Shown: positions 29,985 to 44,692, counted from the stretch's first letter. The stretch is DNA of 64,000 bases from Eledone cirrhosa (GCA_964016885.1 OZ024752.1:15376001-15440000); one strand, 5' to 3'. Translations and numbers: made by a program. The notes: generated by a model from the letters alone, not told the origin.

Positions 29985-31059
29985 TGTGTGAGCGTTAGTG
30001 AGTTTTCTCGACTCGATGTATGTTTAAACCATTGTATAACGTACAACACCCCTCTGTCGAAATTGATAACACAACCACTAAATTGAACTGATTCCCTCAG
30101 CTGTAAGTCCTTCTAAGCCGTTAATTTAGGGCTAAATCAAAACTGTAGTTGTATAACAGAAATCTATGAGGAAAATATTGTTTTATTTGTTCATTCTTTA
30201 TTTATTAATAAAAAAACAAAAACATTATTTTCCTGTATATCTATTCTACTTCGTAGAAAGTTCCCAATACTGTTCTTTAAAAATTGTTTACATTTTGTTT
30301 TATTTTATTTTCGTGCATTAAATATATATATGTTACTTCTCGTCTATTTGGATTGAAGTTTCCCAATATTTGCCCTTTGTCAACATTTTTTCATTCGTCT
30401 TGCAGAATATGTGGTTTGAAACAAAACAAATATCATATTTAGTATTGTGGCTGATATCTTGAAAATATTTCGATGATTTATAAGTGATTTCTGTTTGTGT
30501 AACACTTCAAGATTTTCTCTTGATATATAATACTGTTTGTATCAGAATTTCGATGATGTAGTCTGAGCTTTTCTCCCTGTATTTTTATCTTATTTGTGCT
30601 ATATGTGAAGACATATTTGTGTATGTGTTGACAAATGTATGTCTTTATATTCAAATTTGTTTGTGTATATTTATTTTAGCTTCTATTTTACTTGCATTAA
30701 TCTCTATAGACTTTTCGATTTATTACATTACGCACGTAATGAGAGGAGGCACTGTCATCTTCCTATTGCAGACATATTTAATGTTCGTAGTTATCAGAAT
30801 TATGCAGTCCGTTTCCAAACGTGAGTATATCTATGATGGGTTGTATATATTCACTAGAGAACCAAAGAAAAAAGAGGCTACGTCGGACATACCATTACCA
30901 TTACAATTCGAAACAGATAGCAATGGACGATAAAAAGTTGATAACGAGCAGGCATAAACTTTTTTATAGTATATCGCTGTCCGTTTGGGATTGTAATGGA
31001 AATAGCTGTCTTTTGTTTTCTTCTCTTGTGAATATATACTAGTCACGATAGCTATACTC

Positions 31060-31790
31060 ACAAAGGTACTTACTGTGATCGAGGGACGTGAATTGGCTTA
31101 CGCGTCATAGAATCAACTTGGCCTCCTCCATGCGGACGTCCATACCTGTCCCCGCTCCGTAGATGTCCAGTCACCCAAAATGTCTCCCTATCCCTCAGTG
31201 TGGCCTGGTTTATATCTGTACCATCACCCGCGACTGGTATATAGCTGGGCAGCGACTATTAGTGCATCGGTGCTTCCCTGATGCTCGGCCTCTGGATCTA
31301 CCTGAGACATATCCCACTCTCAAGCCGTTATTGTGTCCGCTGCCTCCCATGTCATACTTCTTTGAACAGGACCACAGGGCATGTCTTGCATGCAGCAGGC
31401 TTTCAACGCCATCTTCACCTTCTCTAGTGGAAATATTGTGCATTTGGAAAGTAGCTCAAGCTTGGTTGCTCGTCAGGTTGAGGGGGACAAACTGTCGAAT
31501 TATTGCCTGTTCTCCAAAATGTTTCTGGTCGAGCTTCTGGCAGTGAAAACCTCTCGTGTTCTTGGCTCCTGGTTCACATCCAATCTCACTGCTGCTGCAA
31601 GCACGAACCCCGCGAGTTGGAGTGGACTACATCCCTTCTCACTGCTATCGGGATAGAGTTTGCTAGCCGCAAGAGCGAGACCCAGGAGTTGGAGTGGCTG
31701 TTTCAGTACGTCTCTCTCGCTATCTTACGAGGCAACGTCTCTACTCTGTCCATAGAGACTACGAGGTTGCTTAACACTTAAATAATAGGG
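31060..31790 (+). pseudogene. CRE-like (RLE-type) non-LTR retrotransposon 3' fragment
   Basis: KLSNY...FLVELLAVKTSRVLG (cf. K..KY...F.P.A.ET.G..G) and ELEWLFQYVSLAILRGNVSTL (cf. FL.QR.S.A.QRGNA), frameshifted. Confidence 0.7.
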
Positions 31791-32986
31791 AATTTGATCG
31801 TCTGTCTTAGGAAGACGAAAATACGTAAATTGAATCGTGTTTTGTGTATATATTTATGGTTGTAATATGCATAGCAAAACAAAGCAATGCAACGTATACT
31901 GTAGGGATATATAACTGTGATATATAACTCGGATATATAACTGACTGGCGGATTTCAACATAAATTTAATGAATAACTTTCAAACTTTTCAACAAACTTT
32001 CAACTAACTTCTTGACGTAACCTGTTATTTATAGGAAATTAACAGTAACAGCTGTATATATTTCTGTAGTAATATTACTAATACACACAGAAATTATAAG
32101 GAATCCGGACTCCATACGATTAAGTTGAAACTAAATAAAATGTTACCAATTTAGATTTCAAAGTTACATTTAAGCTTTATGACTAATTTATATCTATGAT
32201 ATGATCAAACTTGTCGATCAATAAATCCAATCCAATAGGAGTTAGATATAGCGAATGAATATCTGAGACACTATTATTCATAGAATTAAATACACAACCA
32301 GCATATTTTGTGGGATAACAGTATTTCAAGTATATATTGGTCCAGTGATTTTACTAATAAGCATTATATAAATTTATCCAATTTGTTATCTTTGAAGTTT
32401 CCAATTCGATAACTAAATCATTGCTCCAATAACCAATACGTTTCGTCGATAATTATATTTTAATGAATTAAGCTAATACCAAAATGATTACGTATGCAAG
32501 AATAAAACGGCTGCCTTCTTTCGATAACATTCTGGATTTAGTTATGTGTAACCTACATTCTCCCATCAGTTTCGAGTTTATTAACCATTTCATGCTGTTT
32601 GTGAATATTAAGACATCGTAGTTTTCTTTTCATGAGTTATCCTCCAATAAAGCGGCACATTTTGTAATGAATTATGGAAATGCAGCGTTATTAGATAACA
32701 GATAAAAAGCTGAGTCTCGTCGGGATCAATGGTGAGTGTTCCAATTGCTCGAGGAACAGAACAGCCTACTCATGGAGTTAGATAGGAAGTGACTAATCAT
32801 TTCACAGACACATGCACGCTTAAATTAAAATTCTGGGAGATTAAGCATTCAAGTTGCTCAGGATTGTATAATTTTATGTAACTATCATTGAACTTAAGTA
32901 AAAATCACATTAATTTATGGTCAGAAATCTGGAAACATATTTTGAAATACGTTTCTAGAATTTCATACGGTCATTAACAGTATGTC

Positions 32987-33179
32987 ATAATTGTTTCTAG
33001 TTTTGGCACAAGGCCAGCAATTATCCCAGTGTATTACTGGTACTTTATTTTATCGACTCCGTAAGGATGAAAGAGAAAGTTAACCTTGGCGATATTTGAA
33101 TTCAGACTATAAAGGGCCGTAACTCTTTGTTGAAAAGCATGCCGTCCGACCCTCTGCCGATACTACGAATCCACCGCCC
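32987..33179 (-). mobile_element. Nin-domain SINE
   Basis: Consensus match. Confidence 0.88.
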
Positions 33180-34379
33180 GGTATAAATAATAGTAATAGC
33201 ATGGTATTAGAATATACCAAAATTATAAAGGGGTAACGATATCTGTCAGGTTTGTATTTCTGTGGGTAATATATCTTAAATGCCCATCCAGAGCTAATAT
33301 CATTTTGTCACTTCAAAGTAACTATTTGATCTTGTGAAAAGGCTAACTGTTGAACGGTGAACAACTTCATATCAGATTTAGACACTTCAAACAATTCAAT
33401 AATTTTCCTTGTTACATTCGATAATTTTTATGACGTAAATCGGCATATTTTACTGTGAAAATTCATCTCTTTCTCTATCTATCTCTCTCTCTCTCTTTCT
33501 CTTTCTACGTATGTATGTGTATATATTTATATGTGTGTGTGTATGTGTGTGGTGTGTGCATATATGTGTGTATATAGGTGTGTGTATATGTGTATGTGTA
33601 TATGTGTATATATATATGTGTATATGTGTATATATATAAATATATATATATATATGTCTGTGTGTATGTCTGTATGTGTGTATATAGGTGTCTGTGTATG
33701 TGTATATGTGTGTATGTATATATTTATGTGGGTGTGTATATATGTGTCTGTGTGTGTATTTGTGTACATATATATGTGCACACATACAAAGGTATCCACG
33801 TACACCGAAAAGTTAAAAAGGACCGATATTCTTCTACATAGAGAGATACAAATCAAAACACTTGTCAGTATAGCTTTTCAGCCTCAAATATATTTATACT
33901 GACAATACATAGTAGATTTCAAAAATTGCTTCACCATCACAGATGACTGCTTCAAGATATTACAACTTCATTATCTGATGAGAATACATACACTGTGTTA
34001 GAACTTTCAATCAAATCCTCCGGTCTTTGTCCAAAATATTTCTATAATAGCAGAATAATATAAAGCCGTTATTTGTAGCTATATGTTGCAAGTAGGCATT
34101 TTTTGTAAATATATGTTTGAAGTGTATGTATTTATAATCTCGTGATTATTTTGAAAATGTCATCTATTTCTAGAAAAGACTTACTTTCTACTGCCATGTT
34201 TACACGCTTTATGTTACTCCCTGATTACCTATACATATACAGTATATACATCTATCCATTGCCAATCCTCATACCTGGTAATTTGCAAAAGTTATATTGC
34301 AGTAGAGATAATTGTTAAGCCGTGACTGGGAAAAGAATCCTCGATTAAATTAACGTTATCATCTCTATCATTAATAATA

Positions 34380-34497
34380 ATAATGTTTTCTGACTTAGGC
34401 ACAAGGCCAGCAATGTTTGGGGAAAGGGAAAGTCGATTAAATTCACCCCAGTTCATTACTGGTACTCTATTTCATAGACTCCATAACGATGAAAGGC
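34380..34497 (-). mobile_element. Nin-domain SINE 3' fragment (longer variant)
   Basis: taggcacaaggccagcaa...cccagttcattactggtact...gatgaaagg. Confidence 0.7.
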
Positions 34498-34790
34498 CAG
34501 GCACAAGTTCAGGATTGAGGTATGAGTATTTGTGAGTTTATTTCATCATTACGGTGTCGATAAAATAAATCTAAGTGTTATGTGGGGGTTTTATTATTCA
34601 TGCATATTTGCGTGACTTTTTCTTTCAGTGTTTAAATAACATCTGCGCGGGTATTTGATAGAGGAAGTTACATCATACATTCATTCACATTGTACTCGTA
34701 AATATCCAGACATCTCCAGCTCATTCTCCTTTGGAGACACATACACTCACAGTGAGTATAGTTCTTTACAGCAACTCCTACCTCCCTTTT

Positions 34791-34826
34791 ACACACACAC
34801 GCACACGCACGCACACACACACACAC

Positions 34827-34881
<55 letters not shown>

Positions 34882-34933
34882 TACATACATTCATACATAC
34901 ATACATACATACATACATACATACATTCATACA

Positions 34934-34965
<32 letters not shown>

Positions 34966-34969
34966 CATT

Positions 34970-35021
<52 letters not shown>
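34791..35021. repeat. (CA)n-(CATA)n-(TA)n compound microsatellite
   Basis: Direct inspection. Confidence 0.95.
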
Positions 35022-35027
<6 letters not shown>

Positions 35028-35811
35028 GGAATAGAGTCATGACCCCTACGGCTGAGTTCGGATCTAGCTGTCGAAATGCCCGGAGCTCAGCCTTCCGGTT
35101 CATGACTCTTTTCCTATTACCCACTTTATTACCCTACGTATTGAGTTCTCTGGTGCGTTAAGGTCCACCTGGTATCTACCGAACCCCTCTTCGTCATATA
35201 TATATATATATATATATATATTGTTATACTTTGGGAGGGTCATGTTGCCAAGAAGAAACACACGCACCAGAAATTTCACTCCAATTTATTATAAATAAAA
35301 TTTTTTTTTATTTTAATGTTTTTTTCAAAAGAATTTATAAATTTCCGGTTGGTTGGTTCGTTGGTTGGTTCCACAACCGGACGGTTGTTCATATATTGTA
35401 AAAGTTATTTCGTAACATTCTGTGACCTCTTCAGTGACTGGGGATTATTTTCTTTGTTTTCTGCCTCTCCTATGTTCTATCCCAAGCCATCTTGTTTTTG
35501 TGTGTGTTGTGTGCTTAGTTTGCGCATGTGTTACATCCGGGTGTCTGTGTAATTTTTTATTTGTTTATTTACATGTTACTGTTTGGTTGTTTGTTCTGTG
35601 TGTGTGTGTTTTCATTTTGTCCTTAAATGTAAGTTGTGATGTTGCTATTCCATTTATGTTTTCTATTTACTTTTGGTTGGAGTTCTTTTATGTTTATTGC
35701 CTCTGTGATTTGTCTAATCATTGCGTCTGTTCTGTGTGTAGATTTTATTTTTATTTCTATGTTCTCGAATTTGCCCTTATGTTCTATTTTAGCATGTTGG
35801 TGGAGTACAGA

Positions 35812-36005
35812 TTATTCTTTTCTATATTGAAGCTCTCGCCAGTGTTCATTTAATCGTGCTCCTATACTACGAGCTGTCTCACCTATGTACACTATATTCT
35901 TATCTTTACATTGTCCTTCAGTACATCTTATGCTATATACTATGTTTCTAGTTTTACAGTTATTATGGGGACTTAGTTTACAGATTATGCATTTATTATC
36001 TATAC
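35812..36005 (-). pseudogene. Penelope-type GIY-YIG endonuclease fragment
   Basis: CIICKLSPHNNCKTRNIVYSIRCTEGQCKDKNIVYIGETARSIGARLNEH. Confidence 0.85.
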
Positions 36006-36565
36006 AGTGTATAGATAAGAAATGCATAATCTGTAAACTAAGCCCCCATAATAACTGTAAAACTAGAAACATAGTATATAGCATAATATGTACTGAAAGA
36101 TAAGAATATAGTGTACATAGGCGAGACAGCTCGTAGTAGAGGAGAGCGGTTAAATGAACACTGGCGAGAGCTTCAAGATAGAAAATAATCATCAATAGAC
36201 CACCAACATGCTAAAATAGAACATAAGGGCAAATTAGAGAACATAGAAATAAAAATAAAATCTACACAGAGAAAAGACGCAATGTTTAGACAAATCACAG
36301 AGACAATAAACATAATTAAATAGAAAACAAACAAAATTAAATAGAAAACATAAATGGAATAGCAACATCACAACTTACAATTAAGGACAAAATGAGAACA
36401 CACATACATAGAACAAACAACCAACCAGTAACATGTAAATAAACAAATAAAAACACACCGACACCCGGATGTCAAACATGCGCAAACTAAGCACACAACA
36501 CACACACAAACAAGATGGCGTTGGACAGAACAAAGGAGAGGACAAAACAAAGAAAATAATCCCCA

Positions 36566-36608
36566 GTTACTGAAGAGGTCACAGAATGTGTGACGAAAGA
36601 ACTTTTAC
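36566..36608 (+). ncRNA. Hammerhead-like motif in PLE 3' UTR
   Basis: gtta CTGAAGA g gtcaca-gaatg-tgtgac GAAA gaac TT ttac. Confidence 0.5.
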
Positions 36609-37351
36609 AATATATGAATAACCGCCCGGTTGTGGAACCAACCAACCAACCGAAAATTTATAAATTTTTTGGAAAATTTTTTTTAAATTTATAATAAATT
36701 GGAGTGAAAGCGTCTGGTGCGTGTGTTTCTTATTGGCAACATGACCCTCCCAAAGTATAACAATATCGGTCTCAACACACGTTTTCAGATAAAGTATCTT
36801 GCTAAACAAATTCAGAAACTAAATATATATATATATATATATACCCACACATAGGTTTGTGCAAAAGTTGAAAGGTTGCTTCTGTTTTCTGTCGTAGAAT
36901 TTTTACTTCCTTCGTTTTAACTCATTCATAGTAGCGGACTGACAGGAAGTCGGATGGACCAGATTCGACCTTTATTTATATAGCTTAATGGCGTTATCGT
37001 CATATGTAGTAATTCATTCGAGCTGTGTTTAGTTCCAGACAAATCTATTACATAATGTATATTATGTATGTTATGCAGCTAGAGAAATATGATGCTCAGT
37101 TAATAAATTTTTGTTTTTGTTTTACATAGATTTCACATTATAACTGTCGTTATTTCATATAGTCATGACAACACGTTGTTAAATGGTTTTACAGTATATT
37201 GAGACACCATGTATATAATTTCAGTTACTTATATCTACTAATATTAGCTGGAAATTTATATTCATATCTGGATTTTGTAGATGTTTCGTTATTTTCAGAC
37301 AGTTTGCAGCGATACTTTTCCCATTTTCGGAATATATACACAAATGAGTAT

Positions 37352-37401
<50 letters not shown>

Positions 37402-37404
37402 ATA

Positions 37405-37491
<87 letters not shown>

Positions 37492-37492
37492 G

Positions 37493-37584
<92 letters not shown>

Positions 37585-37618
37585 TTACAGTAATCAAAGT
37601 TCAGTTTAAGTCATTTAT

Positions 37619-37666
37619 TTGCTTACAATTGTTTCCTCCAAACCGAGGTTTGGATTCTTCGGAGCA
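37619..37666 (-). ncRNA. Hammerhead-like motif, CCGAAGA core variant
   Basis: Minus strand: tgct CCGAAGA atccaaacc-tc-ggtttggag GAAA caattg TA agcaa. Confidence 0.55.
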
Positions 37667-37765
37667 GTTATTTATAACATACTTGACCTCCTTATCAACC
37701 CAAGAGACACATGAAAACATATGTGCATATTGATCAACATATATATATATATATACACACATATA

Positions 37766-37815
<50 letters not shown>

Positions 37816-37817
37816 CT

Positions 37818-37957
<140 letters not shown>

Positions 37958-37959
37958 AG

Positions 37960-39650
37960 GATTAGAATACTGGAGCGTGTTGGAGTCAAACACCCTCTTC
38001 GTATTATAGAAATGACAGTAAAAGGTATAGCTCAATGCAGTTAAACAGAGCCAAAAAATTAAGAGAGTAAAACAAAGAATCCTTTAATACATCAAAAGTT
38101 TTTATTAGCCGACAATGTTTCGTTCTATTAAGGACTCATCAGGGCAATCAAAACAACAAGAGGTAATATCGGCAGATACAAGCCGGAAACTCTGAAGAAT
38201 ATGGAGTGTACATACACTAATGTCTTACAAAAATATATGATAATAAAAATGAAAATAAAAATAAATATAATAAAAATATATAATAAGAATAACTAAGGAT
38301 GTAGATAACATTAAGAACCATATTACAAATATAGTCCAAAGCAACTAACCTAAATTTAAACAAATTTGGTTATATAGAGCAGGAATTATATATAACACAA
38401 TATAATACAATATAATAATAATATACTTTTACCAACATTAAAATTACAAATTAAAAATCAAAAGGTACAATATATACATGTATATATGTGCGCGCACACA
38501 CACACACACACACACACATATATAACAACGCACACATCTATGTTCCACTACACAAAATTAAGCCCTATTAGAAGTTTGAATATAAAAATAAGCATGATAA
38601 GAGTGAAAATAATACTAATACATCTACCCATTATACATGAGGCAATAATATGATATAATTACAAGAAACACATATAACAAATAATAAACAACAAAATTAT
38701 ATAATACAATATAATATAATAAATTAAAATAGATAATCCCCGGTTAATTTACAGAAACAATATAGATGTCACAATAAAATACAATGATAATACGTTAACA
38801 GTGTACTAACATTTACCATAAACAATATATACAAATCGATTCATACTGGGTTACAGAATAAATGAGGAAAAATAAATTATATAATACTCAAAAAAACACT
38901 ATAATGGTACAGGGAAAAATTATGATGTTACATAAAAAAATATACAGACATCTTACATGATATGTAAAGTCTAAATATCATAATGTTACATATAATGAAC
39001 AGTAAGTAATAAGGATCAATATTACAATATTACAAAAATCCAGACATCTTACATGATATATAAAGTTTAAATACCCATAATGTTACATATAATGAACAGT
39101 AAGTAATAAGGATCAATATTACAATACAATATAATATAATATATTATAAATTGGCATAAAATATATAAATACGTATAATTACAAGGTTAGTAGACAGACA
39201 TATGTGGATGAGTAAGCAAAGTCAGACAGTGAATAGCAAATAGAATATAGAATAAAATAAATAAATACAATCAACCGGAAATTACAAAACAAAAGCAAAT
39301 ATATACACACTTAGGCCTCGCGTGCATTTAAGAAATTAGGTAAACACTAAGGAAATCAATCATTTTAATTGACTCCAAACCCTATTTGATAAATTAATAT
39401 TAAAAATATCAAACCCGTCCAATAAGGTAGTATAATATTAGCTGTAGTTTAAGTCATTAAAGTATATAAACTTTAATGTATCCTTACAAATGTTTACAAA
39501 AAGGAAAATATTATAATAAAAAATCAATGAAATTTATACTATCATATCTAAAAAACTGACTTAAGTAGAATTAAGGTAGGCTAATGGGGACAGAATTGAC
39601 GAAATATATGGAGGGTGCGAAGTGGCATAAAATATAGTCGATATACTATA
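37960..39650 (-). mobile_element. Probable Penelope-like element 3' region (long AT-rich UTR)
   Basis: Strand-biased A-rich tract bounded by (TA)n with a terminal HHR plus polyA signal; internal ~96-bp duplication at 38945 and 39040. Confidence 0.4.
38106..38147 (-). ncRNA. Minimal type I hammerhead ribozyme followed by AATAAA
   Basis: Minus strand: gcc CTGATGA gtcc-ttaata-gaac GAAA cattg TC ggc taataaa. Confidence 0.65.
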
Positions 39651-39672
39651 ATAAATAATGTATATATATACT

Positions 39673-39953
<281 letters not shown>

Positions 39954-39982
39954 CATATATATGTATATACATATATATATAT

Positions 39983-40047
<65 letters not shown>

Positions 40048-40362
40048 AGTCGTTTGGAAGCCTCGACAATGCAAATGGGTTAATCTCCGGTAACAAGATC
40101 CGGTGGCGGAGAGAGAGATGTAAGTGGGTGTACGTTGAGATGCGTGGTGTGTATAAGACGTGTAGAGGAATGAAGGAAAGAGTATAAAGGATAAAATTAA
40201 AATAACAACACGAGAGAGAGTTACCTTGGGAGAGATTTAATTGTCCCTATATATTTCGGATTCACATCCATCAACTGGGGTTTTTTCCGGGGTGGGGGAA
40301 AGGTTGTCTGTCGGAAAGGTGCGTCCTCCGCTGTTTGTTGTTTTGAATATCCGAGGCATTCA

Positions 40363-40678
40363 GCAACCACGTCACCTTTTTGTTCAACACTGACACAGGA
40401 ACGATGTAGTAGTTTCAAGCTTCTTAGCTATCATCAGCACCATATACCCTTCTGCCAGATGGTTGAACGTTCGAAAGTATATACTTTCCTTATGAAAATT
40501 AACGGCTGAGCAGTCTAATTTGCATATCGAGTGAGTTCAGTCGGCCAGGCGCACCGAAAACGATAAGTTGGAATAGGATGAAACGAAATTTCATTTCTCA
40601 CTCTTAGTACGGCACTTACTTAAATGTAAGTATGTATGTATACGTACATACATATATGTATACAGACGCACAGTAGCA

Positions 40679-40728
<50 letters not shown>

Positions 40729-41040
40729 ATATATACATACAGGTACGTTCAACCATCTGGCAGAAGGGTATATGGTGCTGATGATAGCTAAGAAGCTTGA
40801 AACTACTACATCGTTCCTGTGTCAGTGTTGAACAAAAAGGTGACGTGGTTGCCTTAACACCGTACGGCATAAATCAGGGTGTCCGTTTGTTTACAAACGG
40901 ACAAAGCGGGCGCTATAATAAACGTCCGCTAAACTGATACGTACATATATATATGTGTACCTGTATATATATATATATATATATATAGATGCTACTGTAC
41001 GTCTGTATACATATATGTATGTACGTATACATACTTACAT
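40363..41040. mobile_element. Inverted pair of retrozyme-like HHR units
   Basis: Minus copy 40363-40745 and plus copy 40745-41040; HHR motifs at 40401-40443 (-) and 40772-40814 (+). Confidence 0.8.
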
Positions 41041-41052
41041 ATATATATATAC

Positions 41053-41142
<90 letters not shown>

Positions 41143-41396
41143 GATAGTAATAATAAGGGTAAAGACAAAATTGCGAAGTGGGCCAGATAAGGATTGTATG
41201 TATATATATATTATATTATAAACCCGTAGACCAAATATTTATTATTAGTACACACTAAAGTTTAAGCAAAGAATTTCTGGCTTCACACTCTACGGGAATT
41301 TTTCTCAGTTTTAGACGACCCCCTATAGGGTAAAATAAAATAAAATCAAAATTGCGGAAACTTTATTCTGTAATAGTAATTATATATATATATATA

Positions 41397-41496
41397 CAGG
41401 GTGTCCCAAAAAATGTATACACACTTCAACAGTATTCTAGTAAATATTGCCTGTACAGGTAATCAACGTGTGTATACATTTTTTTCGGACAATCTG
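41397..41496. mobile_element. 100-bp Tc1/mariner-type MITE
   Basis: TA|cagggtgtcccaaaaaatgtatacacac...gtgtgtatacatttttttcggacaatctg|TA. Confidence 0.8.
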
Positions 41497-41510
41497 TATA
41501 CATATATATA

Positions 41511-41822
41511 AAGGGTAAAGACCACCTTCGGTCAGGAATGTCCATGGGATTTACACCTAACAGTTCCCCACCGAGGCACAAGTCCGGGCAAGATTGTTTG
41601 CGGCCGACCAGCAGTCACCCATGCATACCAGTCTCCACTCTCTATGCCAGTGTTGTCGACCAAGGGAAAGGCAATGGCCGATACAGCTTGGTACCAGTGA
41701 CGTCGCAACTCATTTCTAAAGCTGAGTAAACTGGAACTATGTGAAATAAAGTGTCTTACTCAAGGACTCAACGCACTTTCTGGTGCAGGATTTAAACTCA
41801 CAACCTCACGGGCATGAGCCCT
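41511..41822 (-). mobile_element. Second tRNA-derived SINE family (~310 bp)
   Basis: tRNA-like head (gtgtcttactcaaggactcaacgca...tttaaactcacaacc); homologous partial copy at 52771-52938 (+). Confidence 0.75.
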
Positions 41823-41825
41823 ACA

Positions 41826-41925
41826 GTTCTAGTCCTGTAGAAGCTTTTCTATATCAAACATTTATACTCTGCTATGTATTGAGTACCTTACTTACTGTGG
41901 TTACCTCCGATTGAACCCGGGATAT

Positions 41926-41967
<42 letters not shown>

Positions 41968-42198
41968 CACAATAGATATATATAGATATATATATATATA
42001 TATATAAGTTTGCCCGGGTTCATCGGAGGTAACCACATTAAGTAAGGTACTCAATACATAGCAGAGTATAAATGTTTAATATAGAAAAGCTTCTACAGGA
42101 CTAGAACTGTTTCATTCGTGAGAAATCATCAGGAAGCTTCCTGATGATTTCTCACGAATGAAACGGTTCTAGTCCTGTAGAAGCTTTTCTATATTAAA
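41826..42198. repeat. Nested inverted repeats with back-to-back HHR-like cores
   Basis: 41826-41921 is the reverse complement of 42013-42108; palindrome 42075-42198 centred on aagctt with CTGATGA...GAAA on both strands; relatives at 7970-8045, 11330-11470 and 55645-55780. Confidence 0.8.
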
Positions 42199-42206
42199 TA
42201 TATACG

Positions 42207-42245
<39 letters not shown>

Positions 42246-43792
42246 TTTGGTCAGACCAGTAAGTTGAGGAAGACTATTTAAATATATACCTAATAGAACC
42301 AGAAAACACATTCCGTTGTCTACAAAAGATGCTGGTCTCCTTGTCTAATATCACTGGTAGATCATACATTGAGATATCTGTTAGTTTAATTTCATCTTAG
42401 TCAATATTGCTGTGTTTCTTTTCCACCAAATATAATTGGTGTGTTCCCAATTGATTCGACGCATCAATAGAATAGATTATTATTCCTATTGTTGTTGGAT
42501 TAGTTTCTACAGTGTTACGTGTATTTTTGCAGTATATTGATTTCAAGTGTCAATAAAAGACATCTGATTGTCACCATTACGTTGCTGCTACGGTATTACT
42601 CATTATTCAAAGTTTGGATTTAACCATTTGAGATATACTTCTTTAAATAATGTATTTAACTTAATAATATTTAATTGTATTTTCTTTTCACCTGGATATC
42701 TTCTATCTATTTATTTATATCTACATGCATCAGACATACCACCCTCTAAACACCCAAACGGCGAGTACCATCAAGAAAAGGCCCCAAAACGGCGATGACT
42801 GGGGAGCTTTTACATAATGAAAGCTATACCCATTTTCACAAGAGAAGACATCTCTCACCAGCCCCAAAGGCTACAGTGAATATCCTCGTGGGACGGGGAG
42901 ATTTGTCAGTCCTGCATGCATATATAAATATGCTGTGTATACATAGGAAATTGGGGTGCCTGTGCACTGCGCTGGAATTGTCTTTATCGACCTCGAAATG
43001 ATGGAAGGCAAAGTGAACATTTGGAGGTGTTTAACGCCAAACCGACCGTCTTTATTACATCTATATTGATATAGAATAGGGGGGTGTACCAGGCTGCCCG
43101 CGTGCCAGAATCTGGCCAACCAGACCAGTCAGAGTGGCCCACGATGACCGTTTTTAATCTTTACCTTGCAGGCTCATTTAGAATTTTTTTCGTAACGGTA
43201 ATACAATTTTCAGTTAGTAGACCTATACTAAAGGGCTTCACTAATAGGCTTAGGTGTGTTATAATTTCCCAGTTCCATGTTACGGAAAGAAGTTGTGGTG
43301 AATCTTTGGAATTGTGCTTAATAAATATTAATGGCCTTAATAGTTGTTCCAATGTTCAAAAGTGGCCTGCCAATGGAACATGTTGCATACCCTGTTATAG
43401 AATATATACAAATATCGCCACTTGACGGTTATTTGTTGGGTACAGTCTTACAAAAACAACACCGAGAAGATACTTTCCGGCTTATCCATAAAAGATATGG
43501 GGTGTTATTGATTATTTCTATATAACAAACATTACTATACCTCGTTTGTATAGTGTGAGTCTTGTTTATGTAGAGTACTTTAAATATACAGGGGTACAAA
43601 TCACTTGCATATTCAATCCATGTTCAATATTAATGGTGAAACATATTTATTTAATGAAATATATACAAATGAGATTAATCATTACTGCGAAGTATCTATA
43701 TTCAAGGTTCTTGTTAATATGTTATCTCCGTAATTGTGGGATCTTACACTCTTTACAAATTATTCCCTGTGATTGTTTGATGTGTTTATTAT

Positions 43793-43886
<94 letters not shown>

Positions 43887-43921
43887 TATATAAATATATA
43901 TATACATATATATATATATAA

Positions 43922-44009
<88 letters not shown>

Positions 44010-44292
44010 TATTTACGTATCGAGAGAGAGAAAAAAAAGGGGAGGATAGCTGATACATATAGTTATTTGCCAAGTAGCGTATGCCAAAGGTGCTCGATAC
44101 TAGCGCCGGCAGTATTAAATATTCGAAGTGTTAATATTTAGTGGGCTAGAGAGTTAGCAGAGCGTAAGCACGTGGGAAAGTAAGAAATCGGAGAATAGAC
44201 CGTTAAAACATGTTTATTTAAAACAGCACCTACGTACGTTTCGCCCAGTTGGGCTACTCAAGGGCATAAATAATTAAAAGTGTTCCTTACAT

Positions 44293-44402
<110 letters not shown>

Positions 44403-44692
44403 ATGTATGTCAATTGATTTTTAATTTAATGCTATATATGTACATACAAGTATATCGACGGAAACATAGAAGTTGATTTTTCCATCGATAAACTTGTTTA
44501 TATTTGGTCTGTGTTTATGTCTACACCTCCAAATCTTTCAAACTAAAGGCTTCTTCTTCAACTATATATATTATATAAACTCATCGAGCTACTGCTGAAA
44601 AGACGAGGCAATTATATAATACCATCATATATAATTCTCCACTTTCCTTTGAGCGTTGTATATATTGTTTTACGTTCGCTCTCTCTCTCTCT

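Larger units (their letters stand above)
35218..36766. mobile_element. Penelope-like element 3' end as a 1.55-kb fold-back palindrome (centre 36007)
   Basis: Arms are reverse complements; each encodes the GIY-YIG segment and carries an HHR-like motif (36566-36608 +, ~35398-35440 -). Confidence 0.88.

Noticed and set aside
43135-43720. Possible decayed GIY-YIG coding remnant on the minus strand
   Set aside because: Motif similarity too faint to call by eye
44228-44266. HHR-like motif on the minus strand (ttgagta gccc-aact-gggc gaaa cgtacg ta)
   Set aside because: Stems II and III fit, but the core breaks the 3-8 pair and stem I is weak; a single copy cannot separate variant from decay
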